64,000 bases of DNA, from assembly GCA_004431415.1 (NCBI GenBank), contig QPMI01000685.1:17935-81934 (forward strand), given 5' to 3'. Below the pieces are notes generated by a model. The model ran no database searches. It worked only from the letters and a program-made list of their open reading frames with translations, and was not told the DNA's origin. The stretch comes from Cyanophora paradoxa CCMP329. Taxonomy: Eukaryota; Plantae; Glaucophyta. Of this stretch, positions 23,761-35,204 are shown in pieces (the stretch's first letter is position 1; each line of letters begins with the position of its first letter). The position numbers and the translations under genes are program-made.

Positions 23761-26700
23761 CGCCGCCGGATTCGACCACGAGCGGTTAGGGGCCGCGTGT
23801 ACTTCGACTGCAGCTGGATTGATATCACCCTGCACGTGAGGACGCCCGGTAACCTGTACCGATGCGTCTGATGCCTGCTGCCCTCCTCGTGATTGTCCTC
23901 GCTGCCCTCCGGTACCGGTATCCCTCCCGTCTGCCAGAGGACGCTGCAATCAGCTGCGCCCTCGCGATCGCCGCGCTCGATGCGTGATGCTCTGATCATG
24001 ACAGTCACGCACCCGACGGCGACGCCGATCGAACCATTTCTGGAGGGGGGCTGGCCGCCGCACAGCAGGGTGGAGCGCCGCCGCTCACCACCGGGTCGGT
24101 TGGAGCTTTTGCAGCCTGGGCCGAGCGCGAGACCTTCCAGAAGAGAAATCAGAGCAGATAGACGGTCGCAGCAGCGTTCTGGAACTTTAGACCTGATCAT
24201 TTGACGCCCCGCGAGTGACGCCTTCCGCGGAACTGTCGATTTGGCCTCCAGATGTTTCTCCCGCACAAGGCTTCGACCTCTGCGTTTTTGTCAGTACTGC
24301 GCATCGGCAGATTATATATAAGAGCAAGCGGTCGCGGGCGACGCGCCTGCTTGCAATTGCTCTCCGTATGCTCCAAAGCTGGCACTGCTCTAGATCTTGA
24401 CTTCTGAAGCTGGCGGGCCTTCGCATTTGAAACGTTAACTTGCTGGCCCGAACTCACACTCGAGCTCACGATCGTCTTTGGTGCTGAAGCAGTTGTCGAT
24501 GTCGAATCTGCGGCCTGGATCCGGAAGCCCAACAGGTGAGCGAGATTCTGCAATAGTGGCGGCAACCGCACCTGTGGAGATACCGATGCGGCAGCAGAAG
24601 TCGATGTCGACTGCCGAATGCTGGACGACCCCGATGCTGCTGCCGTCTTGACTAGCTTCTGCTGCTGCGATTGCCGATCCTTCACATGTACAGAGGCACG
24701 CGGCTCCGATCGCTTATCTGATTTGTTGCTCGCCGACACTGGGACAGCGGGAGGGCGACGCCGGTATCCGCAGAAGTAGAGCGCGTTGGGGTCCATGCAA
24801 TACGAACACAGGCTGTGGTACTCCTCGCGACCGGGCTTGAACCACCGGCTGCATTTCAAACAGAAGATCCGGTTAGCGAGCTTGTAGAGCTTCTTCAGCA
24901 GCTGTCGCGGGGTCGAAGAAGAGGGTACATCGGGCTTCACGATTTTGGCCTTGCCGCAAAAAATCCTCGCGCTGCAAGACGGGCACTGTTCGAAGAACTT
25001 GCGGGCGGTGAACGTTGCTTTGCACGCAAGGCAGCAGTTGTTGGATCTAAGTGTGAAGGCTTCTTCGATATCCTGCTGCGAGTCTTCTGGCTGCGGGGAG
25101 GTTTCGACGGGTGCGCATTCCTCCATGACCGACGCCACCAGCTTTTCAGAGACTTCGGGGGGAACAGGGGGGACTTGATGGCCCTCCACGGCAAGGCTGC
25201 TTGCACAGTAACACCGCCAAAGAAGAGCCCTGGCGGTGTGGTCATGAGACAGTTCGAGCTCGCGCTACATGACATAATCACGTGCACCTTCGAAGAAATT
25301 CAGCCATAATCCTCGAAGACCCGACGGAGTGCCGGAGGCGCATAATGCGAGGGATGATCTCGGAGTCGACTTCTCGCACAACATCTTCATAAATATCGCA
25401 GATGCCCCAACAAACTGCAAATATCGCGAAGGTCGATACAAATCCAGCGTCACCAATGCATGCACATGCATATGCATGAAAAGCAGCATCGAACCGACTC
25501 GCTCGTAGCGGGACCGGATGCAGTCGGGGTGACGAAGAATGACATGCTCAAGCGCATACATGGCCCAGTCATAGAAGCGTTGTTTCAAGCACCACGATGC
25601 AACCACCTGCAAAACAAGATGCAAAAACGGATGTTACAATAATGATCAATGGAAATGGTAGCTATATGTATGCGAGTACTGCTAAGAGGCCACGCATACA
25701 CACCCTGTCTTCGTCGTCTTCCAGCGCAACGTCACTGATCGTGATGGGGTCGAATGCTCGCAGCAGGGCTTCGTCGGACACAGACGGTTTTCGAATGCCG
25801 ACAAATAGTCGCGCTGAGCTCAAGCACATTGGGCAGGATGCAAAGAACGACTTCGGCGGGAAATCAGCTCTGCACACAATGCACGAGCTCGTCTCCGGCA
25901 GGCTGAACATGCTTTCAATCGAATCTCGTGGTACTTCCTTTCCAGGAATGACCGGAAGTCCTTGGTAGTGGTCGACGACCGGCACTTGCGTCGCTCGATC
26001 AAGCATCGATTTCAACGCCGACGCGTCTTCACGGTGCAGCCTTGTCGAGAGGGGCTGCTGCAACATTCGTTGAACGGAAGCTGCTTTCTCCTCGTTGAGG
26101 CGAAGCAACGAGGGCGGCGGAGAATCGCTGCACTTCGCATCTCCACAGAAAAGAAGACACCAGCAGCCGGGACACCTCGCGTAGAAGTTGCTAGCATTCA
26201 CTGCCGTGAGACATTCAGGACATCTCAACCGCTGCAAGAGCGTGAAGTCTTCTTCAAGCTCCTTTTTCGACACCTTGAGCTCCGTGACCGACATGCCCCG
26301 AATAAACGGAAGGGGTAGCTGTTCTGGCTCTGCGGCTGCTGCAGCTGCCTGCGAGATTTGCGATTGCAATCGACCAAAATTTACTTGCATTGTCTGTGAA
26401 TGTGCATTTATATATGCTCGAACATGTGTCAGCCTGCGGAATCAACTTTAATGATCAGCTTCATGAAAATGATTTTCTTTGTTAGAATATACGTATACAT
26501 GATGCGAACTCACACTGAATCGAAAAACGTCACCACGCGGTCTGTTAGCAGATCGGGTTCCATCGACCTTAGATGGACTGCGAGCGACAGCGAGTTTGGA
26601 ATGATCGCCACGCCAAAAGCGTCGTGTTCGGCTATGCTCTTCCCTGACGGCATCCAAGCTCAAGGCATTAGTACGCATACTCGGGGGTTTCACGTGCAGG

Positions 26701-29700
26701 AGGAAGGAAGCTGTAACGCACGAAGCGAGTCGAATTGGCCGCAAAACGTCATGTGAAAAGGAGATCCGCCACTGACAGCACGCTTCGCCGATTTATACGC
26801 CAACGAACACGCATGGTTGAGAAGCTTAAGAACTTCAATCTAGAGGAGGCGCAAATCATGGTCAGCAAAATTCGCTTAAAATTCGGAGAAGAAACCGTGA
26901 ACCTTATTCAAATTGGCATCGGATCGCAATATCTCTGAAACGCATGAGTTCGAAAATTCGCATTCTGGATTCTGACTTGCATATGCATCGATGTCGAATT
27001 CGAAATCAAGAGCACCCTGAACCCGATTATTATTGTGCGTATGCGAGAGCAGAGACCAAGGTTATTGATGACATGCATTGTGTTACCTCGCCCTCTGCCA
27101 TGTGCGTTAAATTCATCCGCATGGTTTCTGCAGTCGCCCCCATCGATTGCAATTCAAATCCTTGCGATTCTGAACAGAAAGCTTGGCTTAATCCAACAGA
27201 AATTGATATGAGAATCAATATTCAGATCCCATAGAGCACCTTCAGAGCGAGAAGAATCGTCGACGTCATCATGTGAAGTCGAAATTCCACACGCAGGTAT
27301 GCATGTCTCGTTCATATTCACGCGCGGTAGAGACACCTCACAGCTCTTACTGCTCAATCTTGCAATCGAAATGTCAGCATTCGATGGCGATCAGAAGTCC
27401 AATTACAGCTTACCCGATGTGATCGATGCCGGCCGCAGATTCTACAGCTGCAGTCTGGCCATGGATATCAGACGCCTTAAATAGTTCTGGGTCCGATGGA
27501 GCCTTGAGCGCTAGCTTGGGTCCAAAGCAAGCCTCGCTGGTGCCGCATGGCACCGTGGCCGTTTCCGCCGTGCACGCATATGCATGCGCCATCGATATCC
27601 GACCATGACTCGAGCTTGCTTCAGGTCCGCCGTCTGCTTGCAAGTCGTTGGCCTGCAGCCGCTTCGAATTCTCAAGAGCCTTTTTCCGCACACTGTGGAT
27701 ACCGTGATTAAAAGCTTTGCACATGTCGTTGTCGTAGGGATCGCGCACGTTTCGAGGAGTTTCTTGCTCTCGTCATCAGTGCAAGTGGAAGCTTTTGCGG
27801 CGAGTTCTGCTGCGACTCGATCGGCCTCTTCAATCACGTCTTCAAAGAGCCCAAGCCCCATCCAGCAGCCTGTGCATGCTCTTCGTTAAGACAGCTTGGA
27901 AGTTTGCGCACGTATACGTGGACGGTCGAGCGGAAGACGCGGCAGTATGGAAGTTTGCGCACGCAGACGGTCGAGCCGAGTCGTTATGCAGGAGGGATCC
28001 CGGGCGATCAGGGCATTTAGGATGGGTCGCGCCTTTGACCACTGCGACTGCTTGAGGAGCCGCGCAACAGCAACCTGCGCATGGACAGCACCAGACAGCA
28101 ATTCAAACAAAATTAAATCAAGCTCGAAAATCAGGTCTAGCTATCGCTTTTGTCTGACCTTCTGAGTCTGGATCTCTTTTCCAGCAATGTGAATGCCTGC
28201 AGCTGCAGCTGGTCGCGATGGCTGTTCAACAGCTCCAGGCTGCTGTCTCAATCGCTGCTTTTCAGATACGGCTGTGTCCGGCTGCCCGGCTGATGTATTG
28301 ACTTCTGGTTTTCTGAGGTACGCGCAGAAGATGGCCTTCGAATCGGGAGGGCAGCCAGGACACCTCGTGAAATAATCGGACGCTTGGATTCGCTGCTTGC
28401 ACATGAAGCAAACACTCTCGTGCGCCTTTTTGTACATCTTCTTGAGCGTGTGGCGTGGAGTACTTGCTGGAGGGGGCGCTTCCATGGTGAGATTACATAA
28501 AGGTCGTCCATGGAAACATTCTATGTCGCAGTGTCGGCAGTGCGTGTAGAAGTTGTTGACAGTCAGAGGTTGTGTACAGTACTTGCAATACACTGTAGTA
28601 TTGGTTGGGATTGTGAACGACTTGGCAAGCTCTTCGTCAGGCATTCGAGTGCGAGGTGCGATCCCCGCTGGCAGACCAACGTCGGACTCATGACCGAGTC
28701 GATGTGCGAACAACTTGGATATGGTGAAGCTTATCTCAGAAGAAAGTGATACCGGCTGGCCCGTTTGAAGAGCAATTTGACTGCTTGCAAACATGCGCCA
28801 CTGAAGAGCACTGCGCAAATAATTGGCCATGAGTTTAATAATTTGATACAGCTGGCAATCCGTTGAATTCGCGATTAATGGTCCGCAATCAGTTAACGTT
28901 ATTATTGCAAGTCCCGCACCGGTCTAGCCAAGAATACAAGTTCAAGCTAGCACCGAAGCGCTCAAGCAGTGATAAAGCCCGTGGAAGAATCTCGGTATCG
29001 ATTTCTTTGATGATTTCAGCAGAGAATCCAGCAAATATAACACCCCAGCACACTGCGTGAACAATTACCATATGCATATACATCGATTGAAAGCAAGAAA
29101 AGCATTGGAATGGATGTGCAGAATCACACCTAGGCGTTCAACTCGCGACCGGATGCAGTCAGGCTCACGGTGGATAGCGTTTGACAACGCGAGCATGGCC
29201 GAAGTGTACTCTCGCTTCTCAAGGTACCAGGTTGCGCACAACTGCGAATGAACATGCGTGAGCCACATAGGCTTTACTAAGGGCATCTGTGCAACCGCAA
29301 ACCCGGTCTTCATCGTCTTTCAAGGCCATGTCGCAGATGGTGATTGGATCAAACGCTCGCATCAAGTCGCCCTCTGATACTGACGACCTCGTTTGCCCGA
29401 CAAACACATCCTGGCCGCAAGTGGAGCAACGAACAGTAAATGATCCTGCAGAGAGTCCACGGCCAGAGGCTGGCAGCTGAATTTCTGCGGTACACATGTA
29501 GCAGTTGAAGGGAGACGATCTCGGCAGTTCGAAGAAGCGCTCCAGGGTCTTCACAGGCACACTTGAGCTTGGAAACACTTTAGGCCCGCCGGCAGCAGGG
29601 GCCGTGGGCCCCTGCTGCAGCTGCAGTTCGGAAGCGTATGGGCATTTACCCCGCTGCGTCCACACATTCTCCCGCAGATCGACAGGATACGCTCCACAGA

Positions 29701-30917
29701 AGTAAACCTGGTCACATCCAGGACAGCGCGAGAAAAATTCGAGCTCGATAGGCCTGAACGCCGACTTGCAGGTGAAGCAATAAAAAACGTGTAAGAAACA
29801 AAAGTTCTGCCGCAAGTTTTCCGCTGGTGTGTCTGGGGGAGGCGGATCCGGAAGGGCTCGAGTTGCATGAGCATAGAACTCCTCGTCAGCGCACATTGCA
29901 AGAATGTGATTGCGAGCCTGATTGAGCCTAAATTACAAAGAGTGCGCAAGAAATGCGCGCACAGGAAAGTTAGACAGAGAGCAAAATAAAATGACGGCAT
30001 TTCATAAATTTAATAGCGCACATGTACAAAGCTGGCGAACGTTGCAATGCGGGTCGCAGCTTTTCAATCATATCGAGTGCATCAAGAAGATGCCCAGTAT
30101 CAATAAATCGATCTGCAGGCGTTCATGAGCTGCTGATCATGATCATGATCATGCGCGTGACAGTTCGAGCTGATCATAATGTTATATCCGGTCGAACGCA
30201 CACAAGAGTGTAAGTCCGAAATGGGGGGTGCGAAGGTACGCGTCCCAGGGGAGATTTTGTAGGTTTCGCACCCAAGACACGTTGAGAGCATTTTCGATCA
30301 ATTGCAAACACAGCACCATTTCCTGGATTTCGAAATAATTAAAGAGGTGGACTCGGAAGTCAACTAAAGCCTATAAATAGAGCTTGAGAAATCAAAGCGG
30401 ATATTCAATCGCTGACCTTGAACTTCGCTGGTAGCTCGCTGATAGATCGCACTTGGCTGCATACATTTTCGTTGTCTGCGGCAGGAGCCATTTGGATATT
30501 CTGTAGCAGATCGAGAGTCGAGAACCGAGAGTAAGTATACGTGGGAGAAGTTGAGCATGCACACGCGCGCACCACAGGGCCTTGACGTGTATGACGCTCA
30601 GATGCAGTGGACGATGACGGCTTCGACGTCGAAATCGCTGTGAAGTGCCCAGACAGTCTGGTGGATGAGGTGAGCCCATAACCATGTTCAGCCCGCGCCG
30701 TGTGCAGCAACTTGGAGATATTCGACAAAGCCTGCAGCTGATCAAAAAAAGAGACGTTCATTGAGCGCATCCGTGACCATGAGCTGGGCACCTCCTGCAA
30801 ATCTAGCCAGTGGACTTGGGCTGGAGATGGGGGAGCTGTTGTACCACTCCTCGATTCGACATGGGCTTTATTTCTTCCGTGTGATGAGATATCAGAGCTG
30901 GGATCCGGAGTTGACAT
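23760..30917 (-). CDS. 5' part of large gene (or tandem paralogs): eight CxxC..CxxC Zn-ribbon repeats and TPR-like helices in two duplicated modules
   Basis: ORFs 24197-25189, 25662-26390, 28141-28830 and 29219-29896 each hold two ribbons. The block RAFDPITIxDxALxDDEDR|..W....Y..AM.AL...I.R.PDCIRSR.ER is duplicated. Exon continuity was not fully verified. Confidence 0.65.
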
Positions 30918-32105
30918 AGCAGCAAACAGCTGCGCCGGATGGCCCTTCTAGCTGAAGAACTCGCGATCGATCCGGATTTGCTGTGCGGTGCGCGCGCCCT
31001 CATGAACGCGTCAGGATCAGGCTGGTCGGCATGTAAAGCTCAGCGGCAATTGAAGGCGACTCAGGAGCGCATGCACGTGGCGCGCCGGTTGGATGCGGTT
31101 GCTGCGGGCCGGGCACGTGACTGCGGCCTCCTCTAGATCTACGTACACCTTTAATTTACGTATACTGGCTAAAAATGGCGCCAAGCCTGCTGCAGCTGCA
31201 GCTGCAGCTGCGCCGCGCGCGGTACGTCGGAAGCTTGCGCGTGCGGCCGCGCACAGCACTAGTACTTGATCCGGATCCCGGAGGTGGAATTCAAAGCTGC
31301 AGCTGGAGCCTGGAACTGCCTGGCAAGCAGACGCTGCCGATAAGCTTCTGAGCCCTATGGATGTGCCTTGATGGCATCAAGCGCGTCCGCGCCGGTCGCG
31401 CGCGGCCCGAGCTCGAGCGAGTTTGGAATTCACGAATCGAAACCTGCGCGGCCGCGGCCTTGATGAGCGCGAGCGACGGCGTGCGGGGCGACGAGGTGGT
31501 TCTCTTTGCTCTATGCATCGAGTGGGTGCTCCTAAGATCGCCAGCGAGCCCGCTTTACTCCCTGCCCGCTCTCTCGCGCCAACCCGGCCCGTCTCGCACG
31601 CTGCGCCCTTGAGCTCGGAAGGCGAAACCTCTATGCATCAATAGGTGGATCTATAGGAACGCGCTCTTGGCGGTGGTTGGGTGCCGGCGGGTCTCTCGCT
31701 TGCGCCAACCGAGCTCGCACGCAGCACCCTAGGACTGAGCGCGGAAAGGGAGAACAGCGGACCCTCGATCGATTTCCGCCACCCGGTTCGTCGACGCTGC
31801 GCCACGGGCGGGCAGCTTACTTGGCATGCGCAGCTGCAGCTTGCTACAATTGTGCTGTATCCCCCGGCCGGGTTGGCCGCTGGCCGCTGGCACCAGTGCT
31901 GGGTTGGCCGTACGCGTGAGCGACTTTTTTGCCGAATCCGAAGTGCGCAAGCGGCCCGGCGGTACGGATCGCACCCGGAGATCGTGCGCGCCCGACATCC
32001 AGCCAGCGCCACGTAGAAGTCAGCGACCGACCAACCGTAGCACACGTTTCGCGCGGTGCTCGGGTGCGCCGACCGGCGGCGCGCAGGCCTTGCGAGATCG
32101 GTGGG

Positions 32106-34996
32106 ATGGTTGCGTCCGCCGCCGAAGGCCATGCAGCTGCAGCGCCGGCCGCCGCGCCGGCCAACATGGCGTGGGTGTGGCCGCAAGAGGCGGGGCTGCG
32201 TGCGGAGGACGGCAGGCACGTGCGCGCCTTCGTAATCGTCGATCCCACCGACAACTTCGGTCCGCCGCATGCTTGCGCACGCCCTGCCGAGTGCGGCGCC
32301 ACGCGACCTTAGCTACGGGCGCAGAGCATATTGGGAAGCGCTTACGTGACAACGGAATCATGCCCGGTGCTCAAGATACCGCGCCCCGCCACCAGCCCGC
32401 CGCCGCGGCCGGCCATTCGTCCTGACGCCAGCCGACCGCGCTTCGCGCAGTGCTTATATTCACGAACATGATGCGCTACGCGTCGAAAGAGCGCGCCGAG
32501 GCGAACAAGGTCCGCCGCGGCTCGCAGGCCCTGCCCTGCCGCTCCTCCCGTCAAGAAAATTCGATCCGCAGATCGTGGGGATGATGGACAGCATCCCGCA
32601 CTCGATCGCCACCGGACTGGTCTTTGGGCGCGGCTTCAGCGTATTCGCCGCCCGCCGCAACATGCTCTCGATCTTGGAGGCGCCCCCCTCCCCACCCGTG
32701 CCCCGCCCCGGGGCCCCGCGCCGACGTACCCCGGGCCAGGTGCTCGCCAACGCGCGGTACGCCTTCGCCGAGGAGGGGTACGAGCTCGAGTTCGTGGGCC
32801 TCGGCGCCGACAACGAGATGGGAGTTGACCATTCGGACTGGCCCGTGTGCTCACGTACCCGTCCTCGGAGCCTCGGGCTCAGCGGGGTACGCGCGCAGGC
32901 TCGCGGCGTCCCTCGGGCTCCCGTGCAACCCTGTAGCCAGCGCCCGCGCGCGCCGCGACAAGGTGCCGCGCCAATCCCGCACGTGTACCCTGGCTCATGA
33001 CAAGCTACCGTACCCCCCTCCAGGCGGAGATGAAGGAGGCCGTGGAGCGGGCCGGGCTCGTTTACGCGCGCTACGCGCGCGTCTCCGAAGCCGCCGACGT
33101 GGTCCGGACCCCGTACCCCCGTCCTCGGTGCGGCGTACCCCCGAGGCAGTCGCCCGCTCCCGCAGTCCCCGGCGCTGGCGAAGACCGGCCTGCCCGCGGT
33201 CGTCAAAACCCCCGGTACCCCCCTCCGCGCCCGCTCCGCGCCCGCTCCGCATTCGCGTCGCCTGATGGCTCTGCAGCCGGCGCGGGAACCAACATGGTAC
33301 CCATCCTTGCTGGTATCCCTGTACCCCCACCGCGGACCGCCTCGCCGCAGGTGTCCGTCGCGAGATCGGAGGCTGAGGTGGCGGCCGCGGCCCGTGCGCC
33401 CTTTCCCGCTCCGACGTACCCCTCCCCCGCTCTCCCCGACCCCCTCGCCCCAGAGCGCGTGATAAGCACGCCGGACCTGTTCGGGCGGCTGCCCACCTTC
33501 GCCCTCGTGGAGGTCCGCCCTCGTACCCCCCTCGACCCCCGCCCCGCCGAGCGCCCCGCCCCAGGAGTACGTCGAGGGGCCGGAGTACGCCGTCAACATG
33601 ATCGCGAGCCCGGTACCCCGCCCCGCCGCCGCCTCGCCTCTGGCCCGCGAGCGGGCGGCAGGAGCGGGTGGCGACGACGGACGTGTGGCGGTACGAGAAG
33701 CACACCGACGCCGCCACCGGCGCCGTCCTGGTGCACCGGGCACCCCGCACCCAGTACCCCGCCCCTGAGCGCGGCGGCAGTACGACGAGGCGACGCTGGA
33801 GACGGACGTGGGGGCGCCCCTCTGGCGCCGCCTCTCCGCGTACGGCGCCGCCGTCGCCCGCGCCGTCGGCATCGAGCGCGGGCCCTGCCACCTCGAGGCG
33901 CCCCTGCCCCCCCTCGGGGCCGGCCCGCGTGCGCCTGAGCGAGGCGCAGGTGCGGGTGCGGGGGGACGGGGAGCCGGTGATGATGGAGATCGCCGCGCGC
34001 TTCTCGGGCGGCTACAAGCCCGACATGGCCGCCCGCCTCATCCCGGGGTCCCCGCGCCCCGCCGCCCCTGCCCCTCGCCCCCGTCCGAGGGGCGGCGTCG
34101 GGCAGGTGGGACCCGTGGCGCGCCTTCGTCGAGAGCCGCCTCCGCGGGTTCGAGCCCCCGCCCCGCCCTCGCCCTCGGGCGGCCGAGCTGAGGGGCGGCG
34201 ATGGCCGGGGCAGGACGGGGTGGGGCTCGTGGCCGGCGGAGGGCGCCTTCCGGCCCCGCGGCGCCGCCAAGCACCTCTTCTTCCACCTCGACCGGTGCCC
34301 CGCCCCCGCCCTGCCCGAGCCGAAGGAGCGCCCCGGAGGGATCCGAGCCCGGGCCGGGGCGCAGCGAGGGCGAGGTGGCCGCCGTGCACGGCGTACCCGA
34401 GATCGAGGCCCTCCCCACCTACTGGCGGTACCCCCCGGGCCTCTCCGTTTCCCCTGCGCCCTCCCCGCCCCCTCACCCCGGCGCCCAGGCACGACCTGCA
34501 CAAGGCGTGCCGCCCCGGAAGCTTCATGCCCCGCACCACGGTACCCGGCTTGCCCCTCGTCTCCCGGCGTACCGCCCCTAATCCTTCCCCCCGCTTCTCA
34601 GTCTTACCTGGACTACCCCCTGCACGTCTACCTCGTGAGCGAGACGCCGGTGCGCCCCCTCGCACAATCCCCCCTTCATCGACTCGTGCCGACGGGACGG
34701 GCCGGGGCCAGGACGCGGCGGAGGCGCTGCGGGAGGTGGAGCGGGACGCGGCGGCCGCGCGGCGCCTCTTCCGCGTCGAGTTCGCCGCCGCCGCGCAGCA
34801 GCAGCCGCCGCCGCGGGCCGGCGTCGTGCCGAGCGCCTGGGAGGCGAGGAGGGAGGATGCCGGCCACGGCGCGGCGAAGGCGGCGGCGGCGGCCGGCTGC
34901 GCCCTCGCGGGGCTCGGGCTCCTCCTGCGCAGGCGGCCCGTCGCCGCCGCGGCCGCGGGGGCCGCCGCCTGGACCCGAGCCTGGCGGAGGCCTTAG
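32106..34996 (+). CDS. ATP-grasp ligase (L-amino-acid ligase/carnosine-synthase-like) with hydrophobic C-terminal tail; upstream exons possible
   Basis: LAASLGLPCN..ARRDK.EMKEAV, PAVVKTP.GAGT, LVEEYVEGPEYAVN, GIERGPCHLE and MEIAARFSGG are ATP-grasp motifs. Confidence 0.8.
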
Positions 34997-35204
34997 CACT
35001 AGCGTGCCATAGCTAGTTGGTTCGGCGGGACTGGCCGTGAAGCCCGCGGTCCTGCTTTGACCGCGAGCATCGAAGCTCGAGCATAAAAGGGCAGAAGGAT
35101 GTATTCAAAACGCAGTGGACACATGGGGGAAAGCGGGAAGTGCATGCAGCGCTGCGCCGCTGCACGCAGCTGAAGCCCACTCCGGGTACACTATTTCTGC
35201 AGCG

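Noticed and set aside
23430-31300. Endogenous virus or autonomous transposon explaining the low-GC block
   Set aside because: No capsid, polymerase, integrase or transposase motifs and no TIR/LTR seen; the block has spliceosomal introns.
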